A stretch of DNA of 61,634 nt, counting the filler, from Catajapyx aquilonaris (lineage: Eukaryota): the NCBI GenBank assembly GCA_000934665.2. It is 4 parts of 4 records of this genome, joined end to end, with 100 filler letters (N's around TTAATTAATTAA, not from the genome) between each part and the next. Parts side by side here need not be neighbours in the genome. Positions count along the whole stretch, not along the records: positions 46,347 to 61,634 come from JYFJ02007536.1; 3 more parts are not named here. One strand, written 5' to 3'. Position 1 is the first letter of the stretch; each line of letters begins with the position of its first letter. The position numbers were made by a program, and so were the translations under genes. Shown here one piece after another: positions 50,501 to 61,634 of this stretch. The notes beneath the pieces were generated by a model, which was not told the origin of the DNA, did not search any database, and worked only from the letters and a program-made list of their open reading frames with translations.

Positions 50501-53398
50501 ATGGAGGCCAGACGGCGACCCTTCGAGGCTTACCTCCGTCGCTTGTTGCAGAAACCTAGCCTGAGGGGCTCGCAGCTACTGACTTCCTTCTTAGCCTCCA
50601 GGGGTGACTTCTCTGCATCTCTTCCGCCAGACGCACCTGGGCTGGTGGGGGTGTCCAGGATGATACGCACTGTTCCTCTCAGGCTTACCAGGGAAAGGGG
50701 GCAACATCTGGATGCATTTGTCAGTGCATTCCTTGCTTCCACTGAGGCACCCAAACCACGGCCTAGGTCAGTTCATAGTAGCATATACTCATGCCTAGTT
50801 TTGCTTGGTATCAAGAGCAGAATTTCATCTGCAGCCGACTGGAGTGGAAAGAGGTTCCTGTGTGGGAGGAGGGGCTGAGCGCACGATCTCACCGCTCTGG
50901 ACACAAGTCTGTTAACCCCGTGTTTGGAGACAATTTTGGTCTTCGGACAGCACCACTACTGTCAGGAGCCTCTGTTTTCCAGCAGTCCAAGTTATCTCAA
51001 CAAGTCAAGGGACTTTATGACTTCGCCCTGTACTGTGGTAAGCTTGTGTTGTCCTGTACTTATTCTGCTGAATGCTTACCATGCTGATATATATTTCTCG
51101 ATCTCAGTCCTTCGTGTGTGGGAACTGAAGTGGGCCCCCATGCAGCTAGTCCTAGCCCTGAGGCCTGTCCTGCGTAGATCTGGAGATGCACTAGGGGCTC
51201 TTTTATTACAACGTGGGGTGTCCTACTTGCTTGAGCCATGTCGGTTGGCTCACATATTGCACTTGCTGAAGGGTGAGTCTCTCTATTGCATAATTTAGGC
51301 CATGAGTGACCAAGGATAGGTTTGTTATCTTTCTCATAATGTCAACAATTAATATGAGAAGGCTTATGGGAGAAGTTGTGTGCTGGTAGGGCAAAACTCA
51401 CCCTGGAGGCTTATATGTTATTTTCCGTTTTAGATGCCATTCTGCAAAAGAAGGGTGGATTGGGGGGTGTTGGAGGGGTGGCAGGGAGGGCAGAACGAGC
51501 CAGATTGGCAGCCGAGTCCCTGGCGCAGCTAGAGTGTTGGCTGTTGGCAAAGACATGGCTACCATCGAGGCTTCTCAACTGGATGTCAACTCCTCCAGCT
51601 AGTGCTCAGGGGATAGTGGATGAGGAAGGTACAAATGTTATGGAACCTCAAGGACTGCAAGTGCTGCTACAAGCTCTGCAGCATCCACGCCTTAACAAGC
51701 AGGTGGGAATGTCAAATGGACCTCTGGGCTATATGCACTGCAAATCTCATCTCTTAAAGGTCCAGTTGGGAAATATTTCCAGCTTTTCTAGCTCTTTTTC
51801 AGCTGGAAATGTTTCCTGGAAGTGATGCAACAAGGTATTCTAAATGATGCATAGTTTTACGGCAGTCTTTGTTTTTCGTTTGTAATGTATGTAATGTCAT
51901 GACAGTCGGTACTTTATTATTGCAGATTATGTTGAAAGTAGTTACTATAGTTACAATGAAATACAGGAATTGATCCAATTAGACCTGAACTCCATAAACG
52001 TGTGCTGTATTCATGTCAAGGACATTACTGAGATTTTTTTACCAGTGTGAAAGAGATGGAAATGGGGAGAGTAAAAATAAGCACCTTACCTCAATATGGT
52101 GCAAAATCAGTCCGTACAGTAAAGTATTTACCGTGTTGACATGCTACATTTTTGTGCAATATCCTGGTGTGTAGCACATGTAAAAAAAAAGAGGCATTTT
52201 CGTTGCAGTTGAAAATGTCATCCTTGGAATAGCCCGAACAAATGCTCTTCATCTACTCCTTCCAATTTTCTACTCCTTCGAGCTTAATGACACTTGCATC
52301 ACCACAGTTTTCCACAAAATCCTGTGTCTGTTGCGGAAACTCTCCTGCTACCCTTTGAAACACTCCATTTTGCCACATCACGTTTTTGGGCTATTAATTT
52401 TGCCTGCGCTATTGGACCATCGGCCTGGACAGGGGCAATACGTTGAGCCTGTGTTTTCTTCTTCTCCGGCATTTTAAAACTGGACTGAACCTTGAGCTAA
52501 ACTTGAAGGCAGGGCATCTATGAGTCACAATCTTCTTGTGCCCCCCGCAAATCGTCTTTCTGTTTTCCAACCAAAAATAGTCCCCCTTTCCTCATCAATG
52601 TCCCTATTTTAAAGCCCACGAGCCCGTAGCAATTCCAGCAATTATGAGAGACAGTATGTTGTTGGACGGTCCAAAAAGGGTCACTCAGAGACCTCCTGGG
52701 AGGGCTGAGAGTGAAGTTTTTATTCTTGTAACTTGTAGGAGATAATGTGAACCTTTTGATTTCCATTATGAACACAGATTTTCTCTGAAGGGAGACAAAA
52801 ATTCCTTCCGTTTCCATGTTGGGCAGGTTCCGTTATATCCGTCGAAAAATACATTGTATGTCCTATGCATACGCCTTTTCCCAGAAAAAATTCCTCAATG
52901 GATAGGTTACCGCTATACTCAGGGTCCGTCATGGGCAGGTTTCACAGCAATTACTCAAGATAATTTTTACCGAAGCAATTTAGAGTAGGAGATACGGTGT
53001 CCTACTGCTAATCGGGAGGTCCTGGGATCAAATCCCGGGGCCGGCAACTCTGACCGTGGTTTTCTGTGGTTTCCCACGGTCCTTCCATGAAAATTCCGGA
53101 GTTTTTTCCGTAATTAACAGGCCACAGCCGCTTCCTTCCGTCCCTATCCCATCCCAAAAAGTGCAGTAAAATGAAAGCAAAGAGTTCCAGGCAAAAGAAA
53201 AAACTCTCCCCCCCTAAAGAGCCGAAAAAGGCTGATAACGGGGTATGAATTAAATTACTCAAGATAATTTTGTTATAGGCCTACTCTTGAATTAATGACA
53301 ATTATTTCACATTGCAGCTATTCTACGTGCTTCTTGATGCTTTAGTTGAGGAGTTGTTCCCCGAGTTGGCAGATCAGCAGGATCAAGCAGATGGGTGA
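47501..53398 (+). CDS. SNX14: Sorting nexin 14 (PXA-RGS-PX-Nexin_C), ~9 exons, start exon not located; last exon 53318-53398
   Basis: PXA (YVGSWY..FPKELR); RGS (LLYPFMQFLK.GAVHVLQFCL); PX (EFYQLEAKLNEFHG); C-terminal LQHPRLNKQ|LFYVLLDALVEELFPEL. Confidence 0.9.
48931..49417. mobile_element. Non-autonomous hAT element in an SNX14 intron
   Basis: CAGG...CACTG ends; perfect 8-bp TSD ATGTTGCT. Confidence 0.85.
52968..53252 (+). mobile_element. tRNA-derived SINE (family A)
   Basis: B-box-like GGGATCAAATCCC; 19-bp TSD AATTACTCAAGATAATTTT; second copy at 56705-56847. Confidence 0.85.
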
Positions 53399-54010
53399 TC
53401 ACCTTACAAAAGGTTTTTTTTTTGTTGTAATTGTTATAGTCAAATTGACAGCCTACTTGGTCCAGAGAATATTTGTTTATTGGAAGTTCAATCACTTCTT
53501 TGTTACTAGCTCAAGGGCCCAGACACATAATCAGCATGTAAGTACCATTCCCATCGAGTATATGTGACAGATTTTTATGATGTATAAATGTTCTTAATGT
53601 GATATTTAAACCCTCTTTACTTATTTTATTAGATGCTGTCATTCCATTTATATGCTGCACATTATAATAAAATATCTGTGTTGTTAATTTTTGGAGTAAT
53701 TTTGTGGGACCAATACACACAGCAACATACTTGTCATTGTGAACATAGGTATATGTTCTGAGAGTGGCACAGAGAGAAGAATAAAAGATAGACAATGGAA
53801 AAAAAAAGAGAAGTATATTATGGAAGCTCCCTTCAAAGTACACAGTAAACAAATCTTGCTCTATGCAGCTAATGTAAAATAACAGTAAGGGAAATGACTG
53901 CATAGAGCAAAAGTTCATGTCTGCATCTTGATGAGGCTGTTCTAATTCTGCGTGTGTCACTTGTAAGTTGAGGGGCAGTAGAAATTTCTCTTTCTTCAAT
54001 ATTAGGTAGA

Positions 54011-57000
54011 TTATTCTGATGTCCCATTGCGTGAATACTGGATGTCACCAAGCTGACTTTGCCGGTTGTATACAATGTCACCATAATATCTGTTAATGTT
54101 GCACATAAGTTGGTGAGTATGATGCAGTATGGCACGACGCTGCATGATATGTGCACTCATTTCATTGGCACCGTAACTGTCCGCGGCTAGATCATACAAG
54201 AACTTCACAATATATTGGAAAATTGCGTTGTCATGAATGGTGTATCGCAACTCCTGCTCTTCATCACTCACAAGCATCCTTCTTTCTTTTCGCTCTTTCT
54301 CCCATGTTGTCCAAGCCTTCAGCCTTTTTTCCAACCTGCATAAATAACATGGGTGATTAGTAATGCCTTATTTTTGTTTGACATTTTGCGTCACATTTTC
54401 AAAGCCGTCTCACACAAGGCACATTGGGCATAACAAACATACTTTTCAGTTTCCTCGACAAATCGCTTGTTCCTTTGTTGAATGCATGAAACCTTTCTCA
54501 TTAGATCCAGCAGTTGTGGCTCTAGTCCATCACGTTGTTCAGCTCGATATTCATTCCTTACTTCTCGACATTGCTCCAACTGCTTCCATTGAGACAATTG
54601 ATCTGCCTGAAATGGCTCATCAACCTTAGTCTATGTCCAACTTTGCCAGGATCTTGCCAATCACGCTCAGGATGTATGAAATTTAATTAGCTTATGCCAG
54701 TAGAGCATAAATGAGTACTTACGGCTCTTTTCCTTAATATTCGTGCCTTGGACGTTTTTGTGCTATCCTCAATTATCAGTTTATCCACCTCCTCTGTAAT
54801 ACCTGAAATTCATATTTATTGTTATTTGTTATTCACAATATTATGTAATTAATAATTAATATTTTTAAAATAAGCATGCTTCATTGCAAGCGAAGCTTAA
54901 ATTACTGCTAGCAAGCAACCAGTTGTACAATGCGCATTGTACACAGTTTGTGGGATGCAATTACTGTCAGGCTTACTGTTCAAAACCCTCTTAGCATGTG
55001 CTACTTTCATCTTCCACTCAGTTAGAGTTTGCTCTTTTTCCATCAGCTCATTTAATACGTTTGTCATGATATGTATTTCCTTGAACATTTGCATTCGTGC
55101 TGCTTCTTCCTCTTCCTGCAATGGGACAATAAGTGCAATACAGTCCAACAAATCAATTGCATTACTGTGTGAAGACAAATTCTGAGAGCAGCTGAAATAA
55201 TTTATCCACATTACATTCAATTGCGTAATGGTGCTTGCAAGCTGAAGAGAGTGTTGGCGTTGATCCCTTATGGATTTGGTCAACTCATCCTGCGCAACTT
55301 CCAGTTCTTCCTTTTCTTTCCCCAACAGAAAAGCCATCTCAGATGCCTGAAAAAAAAGAGAACATGCTGAGATGAGTTATTTTGCAGTGTTAATCTTGAA
55401 GGAAACCAGACGTACCGTGACAGCGAGCGACGAGCCCCTGTCTCGTAAGAAGATAACTCTTTCTGTGAGTAAACTAAGGACTTTCTTGTGAAACTGTAGT
55501 TTCTGTTCCATTTCCTGAGACAACTTCGACCTTTCTTGTTGTGCCTTTTGGCGTACGGTCATTGCCTGCATTATTTTCTCACCCTCAACCAGGGCAGTTT
55601 CTTGCACTTCCGACAGTCGACTCCTTGAAAGTGTAATGCGCTAGATATTAATACCATAAATACATACCATGTTTTTCAGAATTGAGCTCTATCAATGACA
55701 CAGATGCCCACTTCATGTTCAAATTTGGTGTAAAGTTTTGCGTATCATTGGAACAACAGGTAATGGGCATACGTATGGGTGTAATTAAAAAGCCTGTTAA
55801 CTGAGGTCTCTGGTAGGCCTTAGTGTATGTAATTCATTGCCTCGTGAGAAAGTGAGTTGACAGGAGTGAAAGGATATGGAAATTCATGAGATTTTCACTG
55901 ATATGGAGCTCAGTCCTGAAACGCACAGTGTATTTTCCATGTATGCAGTACCTCAACTTCCTAATCTCAAAACCCAATGCACCATGGAGGTTTGGGAATT
56001 TCTCTCGCAGCAACTGAACCTGTTCCGCCTTGCGGTTGCATCTGGCTTCAATGAGTAATATTTCCTTCTTAATCAGCCTAACTTTCTTCTCATTTTTTTT
56101 ATTCTGCACCATTTGCCTTGACTCTTCTGCAGCATTTTTGATTGGAATCAAATTAGACACTGAAGTTAATCAAATCGACCTACTAACAGTACAAACATTG
56201 TCATGTAGTTCATTGTCTTCATCATAAGGACATTTTTCATACATGAGGTAATCAGCAATGAAGGAGACTCCAGTTAACCCCACTTATTAACTTAAACAAC
56301 ACACACTGATGACAATAAAACAAATATAACAATCATATTAATAAGAACATAACTTTGCACCAGTCATTGATGAATATAAATTAATTAAAAAATAATAATA
56401 ATTTAATGGGTATCCCGTGATAGGCCTCCTTGGGCCTCTTAGGGGATCATCTTTTTCGTGAACCAACTTTAAACATTACATGCGTGTGACGGATTTTGAT
56501 TGCGGGAGGAAACGGGAGAACCCTGAGAAAACCCATGCGAACAAGGAGAGAACCCATCGAAATTCTATCCACATAAGTATCCTCTGCGCGATCCGGGGAT
56601 CGAACTCGGGATCTTAGAGGTGGAAGGCTGTGGCGCTAACCACTCCACCACCGTGTCGCCCTAATATAAATTAATATGCCATCAAAGTAAGTCGTAGGAA
56701 TAGTAATAATAATAATTCATACCCAATTATCAGCCTTTCGGCTCTTTAGGAGGGAAGTTTTTTTTTTTTTTTGCCTGGAACTCTGCTTTCATTTTACTGC
56801 GCTTTTTTGGGATAGGATAGGGACGGAAGGAAGCGGCTGTGGCCTATTAAGTCGTAGGAATAGTTGTGCAATATGGATACACATTGATGAAAGTTTTCTA
56901 TTGTGTATACTGTATAGTAATTCACTTTGTATGATGAAATATTTTTTGTTTATTTTAGTTGATGCAACTGGATCTCAAATCATTCAAAAATCTCTATATT

Positions 57001-57090
57001 GTGAATATTGTGAAATTTTTCCTTCTTGGCACACAGAAAATAATAATCTTCAGGATAACCTTTTTAATGAGATGTCAATGAAACATTGGC

Positions 57091-57163
<73 letters not shown>

Positions 57164-58892
57164 TTCAGGATAACCTTAATGAAATGTTAATGAAACATTG
57201 GCTTTAACAACAACAACAACAACAACAATTATAATAATGTCAATAACAAAAAATTACTTCCACTTTCATCTTACTCTAAAGACTCCCGGAAAACTTGTCT
57301 GGCCGAAGAAGAGCCCGGTTAGTTTGTTATTAATTGTTGTCAACAATTCTGTCAACAATGAATAACAAACTAACCGGGCTCTTCTTCGTCCATACCAATT
57401 TTCCGGGAACCGGTGCAACCCGGCCTAACTTATATCAATTTCATTACAGCATGCAAATAAAATTCTGTAGTTAGGCAGGCTAACCTGTTTGCATGGCTTG
57501 TGTCTCGAATTTCTCAATTTCACGAAGTGACTCAGCCAGGGGGATGGCATCTTCTGATAACATTTGTTCCTGTTCTTCTAAGACTGCCTGCTCGTTAGCT
57601 GCGATTTGCTCAGCCACTTTCAGACGCCTGATCAGTTCATTGCTATCAAAATAATTACACTGTGAAGTTACCTTGCTGCAGAGCATGTTTTTAGTTGACA
57701 TATCATGAAAATAATAGACCCTTACTGCTGAAATTCTTCGTTTGCGATAATCGATGATCTTCTTGCACACTCCATCTGAAGGTAAATTTTCCTGCTCTCA
57801 AGTTCTTTTATTTCGATCTGAGCCACTTTGAGATTGCTCTTGTTCTTCTTGGACTGTGCCATCAGGTTCTTGCCATGATTTTTCAGGTTATCTAAATTTC
57901 TGCAAACCAGTCACAATAAAGCAAGTAAGTGTGACGTGTGTAAAATGCTGGAGGGATTGTAAAAGCAGCAACACTTACAATTCCAAGTTTTCAATACTCT
58001 GTTGTGCTTCATCTCCTTCATTTTTCAGCATCTCAATATCAGTTGTCAGTTTATTTTTTTTTGAAAGGAAGTCATTTTTCACTTGTTCCATCTCTAACTT
58101 CACTTCAGTGAAAGTCTTTCTGGCTGTCTTTTCCTGAAATTTTTTTTGGTAATTTAAGCATGTTTGTGTGTGAGCAAAAATTTCAAGCTGTTTTTGCATC
58201 CATGCATAGTGAGGTGTCACTATTGATGCTCAAGAAAGCATTGTCAGGCACACAAAACATCACAGTTTGAAACTTACCCTTGCTCTCCAATGCAGACGCT
58301 CATCGTGCCTATCTCGAATGATCTCTGTAACCCTTTCATTCTCTATCAATGCCTTGTTTAACCAGTCAACCATCTTTCCCTGTACATGTCTTACCCTGGC
58401 ACGTAAGCCTTTAGCGGTACTAATTGTGCCTTTGTATTGTGCCACGCGTTTAGTCATTTCTGCGACTTCCCGTTCTTTCAGGGACAATTGGCAGTAATGG
58501 TGGATTACTATCATTTTCTTTTTGTCGCTGTGTCTCTTGGCAGCAACTATGGATGTCAGAAAAATTCTCACATTATAAGATTAAGTGCAATTGCCAATTG
58601 CCAACTGACCCAACAATCCCTGGTTTTTTTCATCAGAATCTTGCATCAATGTGGTGTTTTCAACTTTGAGTGTTTCGCATTTAGATGACATGCGTGAATA
58701 GTGTTTGTCTAAATTCTTTATCCGTGCACTGACCTCTTCCACTTGTGACTTGAGTTCAGCAGGAACCTGCGATTCTTCACTCCACCATTCCTCTGGACAT
58801 GAAGCAGAACACATCACAACACTTGTGAAGGCAAGGCCATAATGTTGTAAACTTACGAATTTTTTCCAGGGACTGAAGAGCCACACGAACAT
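54011..58892 (-). CDS. Multi-exon long coiled-coil protein, possibly cilia/flagella-associated; ortholog unassigned
   Basis: Series of E/K/Q/L-rich heptad exons with GT-AG ends (e.g. 58790-58610, 58488-58278, 58134-57979, 55620-55415, 54605-54425, 54335-54011); ends approximate. Confidence 0.7.
56386..56662 (-). mobile_element. tRNA-derived SINE (family B) with a V/Meta-like central domain
   Basis: Minus-strand A/B boxes (TGGTGGAGTGG, GAGTTCGATCCC); GGGTTTTCTCAGGGTTCTCCCGTTTCCTCCC core; TSD AATATAAATTAAT. Confidence 0.8.
56705..56847 (-). mobile_element. 5'-truncated SINE family A copy
   Basis: Reverse complement of ~53113-53252; TSD TAAGTCGTAGGAATAGT. Confidence 0.85.
57091..57163. repeat. 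(AAT)n microsatellite within a short local duplication
   Basis: Flanked by two copies of TTCAGGATAACCTT...AATGAAACATTGGCT. Confidence 0.9.
57284..57408. mobile_element. Short palindromic MITE
   Basis: CCCGGAAAA..CGAAGAAGAGCCCGGTTAGTTTGTTATT / AATAACAAACTAACCGGGCTCTTCTTCG..TTTTCCGGG. Confidence 0.7.
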
Positions 58893-59042
58893 GTTTGTTC
58901 GAATGCTGCTTCAAGTGGTCCACGTAATCAGACATAGTGACTAGTCTTGAGCATCAAATCTTCTTTTATCAACCCATCAGAGTCCAGAACAAGAACAAAC
59001 TGCACCTTGTTTACTCTGCCATGAACTTCTCCATGGAGTTGA

Positions 59043-59093
59043 GTTCTTATGACAACCATGCGGCTACAACAGCTGAGTGGTTGTCATAACAAT
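59043..59093. promoter_or_regulatory. Two RFX X-boxes in a bidirectional promoter
   Basis: GTTCTTATGACAAC (59043-59056) and GTTGTCATAACAAT (59080-59093). Confidence 0.65.
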
Positions 59094-59179
59094 AACTCAA
59101 CCGGTCACTTATTGTTTGGTCAATAACATTTGGTCAGAACCACAGTCCATTTGCCACAGTCAAAACATTCATTCACGTA

Positions 59180-59692
59180 ATGGAAGCGCCGGAAGAGGTC
59201 ATGGACTTTGAATACCTCAAGTCCCATGTGGGGGCACCCATAACCATGGCTGTGGTTGAGGTTTGCCGCAGGCAACCTCGAGACCCCATCCAGTGCATTT
59301 CCAAGTGGCTGTTTCAATATGAGAGGGTCCAGGAGATCAAGAAGAAATGGGAGGAAGAGCGCATCCTGTTCCAGGAGGCTCATAAACAAGCCAAGGCTGA
59401 GAAAGAGAGAGTATGTACAGTACCACACAAAGTAAACACACAGTTAACTGGGCTAAAGAAAAAGGTGCAGATTTAATTCCCACATTGTTTGTCCATACAG
59501 ATAGGTGCCATAAGGCGGGAGAGAACCGAGGAGAAGAACAGGGTGGCTAAGTTGGAAGTTGTTCAGGATATGATAAATGTGGTATACGAAAAGGCCATGA
59601 AAGTGGCCAGGGAGCCGGGGAGTGTCAACACCACCACCAGTCGCAGTCGTAGTCGTGTTGATTCATCGAGCAATTTCTCTAGTTATAATTGA
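59180..59692 (+). CDS. DPY30 domain-containing protein (DYDC/radial-spoke-like); exons 59180-59410, 59501-59692
   Basis: EYLKSHVGAPITMAVVEVCRRQPRDPIQCISKWL Dpy-30 motif followed by a coiled coil; phase-0 intron. Confidence 0.8.
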
Positions 59693-61634
59693 GACTGGAG
59701 AAGATTGGACAAAGTATGGTGCCATACCTCACTGCTCTCATAGTTCATGTCCTACTGATTATTCTTATACACATTTATTGTATGTAGCACATATTTTATT
59801 GTTTTCATAAAACACAGTTTGTAGTGAAAGACATGTTTGTGAAGCACAATAATTGTTATGTTCATAGTACCTGTGACTGATTGTGTATGTGGAAAAGTGA
59901 AGCTTCCAATTTATTAAAGCTGATTGTTTTGCAATATACTGTCGTCTTGTGGTTTGCTTTTCAGTGTAATTTCCTGTGCCGTGATCTGTTATCCTGCTTT
60001 TATGTAAGAATATTCCATTCAGATAAATTAATGTCTGCCACCCATTTACTCATCAGGTACCTCCATGTAAACCTTATTGTTGGTAAAAAGAAACCAGTGG
60101 CCATCATCAGCAAAACTACTCAGTATGGTGTAGTACTCGACATAGTAGGCTACATAGTAATCTGAACTCTCCACTTAATGATAATTGGCTCAGTAGTAAC
60201 TGGGTTTTATGTAGACCATGTGACACCTGCTGCATGAGATGATCCTCTTGTACTGTCCATGTCCTTGAAACAAGCCCAATGACTTATTATGAAAACAGCT
60301 GGAAATAAAAAAAATAGACACACATGCGTCACTACCAGTCGCCTATAACAGGTTATCAAGAAGATTCTCAGAAAATTAAAAACAACCAGCGGTCGAACGA
60401 GTATGTATAGGCATATAATTATGTTTTCTCTTGTTGTCCTTGTGGAAAGAGTAGCTTTGGTTCATACAAAAAGCAAGTGTGTGTCTGTGATTGTCGCATT
60501 GTGCAGTAAGATCCTACACTACCATACAGAAGTGAAAGTCCAGGTATCTTCATCACAATAATTTTTTTAAAGAGGATCAGAAATTGAAGGTCAGTACCGG
60601 CGGTATCAGCATAAAATGTGGGGTGAATAACTTACTTAACCAATGGTCATGGATGTGCAATTTACTAAGCTGGTGTATGCAGTTGGGTGTAGGCCTACTG
60701 TCCAATTTACCAGTTCAAGAGGACGGTAGGTGACAAACTATCTTTAGGATTGTTTGCTCCAGACTGTCTCCAGAGCTGCAGAGAAGAGAAGCAACAATGT
60801 AATTTATTAGTTTCCCCCTGTGATGTGTTGCTTTTTCACAGCGGTTTCTGGTATGAACAATGCCTAACCGTATACTTGTTCCATTACCCACATAATATTG
60901 AAGTAGTGGTTTGGACGCAGTGTGAGTTCGGATAGTCTCTGCACTGCCTTGTACAGCTACATATTATCCCCATATCATTGTTGTAGTTCGTGGAGTACAG
61001 TACCGTACTGTGTCGTGTTGTGAATAATTACAATAAGAGTAGCCTACAAATATAAACTAGCTATCAACACTGCAATTCGTTATGAAGTAAGATCGACTGC
61101 AGATCCCTATGAAGACAGGGTGTTGTAGCTCTAAGAAATATTGGGCGCTATAACACAGGGAGAAGTGAGACTGCAAAATTGTAAAGAAGTCATAATTATC
61201 AAGAAAGTGATGGTGGTGCAATTGAAGGTCATGCATAATTATGCAACAGAGTTGCATAATTTAAGTTTGTTTTTCCTGGCTGTTGTAATTTAGCTACAAC
61301 AAAAATTGACACCGAAAGTTGTGGTTCATAAATATGATTTTTCATACCTATAACTTGCACACTGACATCATATTAAACAGTTACAAAATGAATTCTCATT
61401 GCATTAAAATGTGTACGGAACACAGTTACATCATAGAGTCGCATCCTATGCTGCTATATTGCCTGATAATTTTATTAATTATGCACAAATTACAAAATGG
61501 CAATTTGCATTAATTACAGCTTTTGGCCATGGACACCGGTACACCTACCCTAAATATACACGTATCACGTGATCGAACAGAATCAGAGGATGCAATCGTT
61601 GTGTCCCACGTATCCAAGACATTCGGAAGCGGCA

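Noticed and set aside
56590..56662. tRNA gene
   Set aside because: The tRNA-like head is followed by a SINE body, AT-rich tail and TSD; the same applies at ~52970-53045.
57284..57408. Hammerhead ribozyme or miRNA
   Set aside because: No CUGANGA...GAAA core in a three-stem arrangement; a simple palindrome typical of MITEs.
1..61634. Sensory/ciliary supercluster (Gr + TRPA + IFT172 + DYDC)
   Set aside because: The genes lie on different contigs joined by artificial spacers.
59800..61634. Short ORFs at the end of the window
   Set aside because: No domain, codon bias or exon structure recognised.

Overview
This is eukaryotic arthropod (probably pancrustacean or insect) genomic DNA, and it is not one locus. 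Four contigs of about 15.3 kb (1-15315, 15416-30722, 30823-46246, 46347-61634) are joined by artificial 100-bp spacers (44 N + TTAATTAATTAA + 44 N). Contig 1 has three tandem 4-exon gustatory receptor (Gr) genes and a 5'-truncated SETDB1/eggless-type H3K9 methyltransferase, all on the minus strand. Contig 2 has a degenerate satellite/MITE block, two tandem F-box/LRR units and a convergent painless-like TRPA channel (5'-truncated). Contig 3 has a third F-box/LRR gene and a complete multi-exon IFT172. Contig 4 has SNX14, a convergent long coiled-coil gene and a divergent DPY30-domain (DYDC) gene. Many non-autonomous TEs are present (Helitron, mariner, hAT, Harbinger, tRNA-SINEs, LINE relics). 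The most notable observations are RFX X-box motifs conserved upstream of all three Gr genes, a SETDB1-like gene that apparently lacks Tudor domains but carries an H3K9-mimic ARKST, an F-box/LRR unit with no start codon that may share a first exon with its neighbour, and a compound satellite carrying a palindrome at a fixed position. No prokaryotic-type system is supported. All calls come from reading the sequence; no searches were run.
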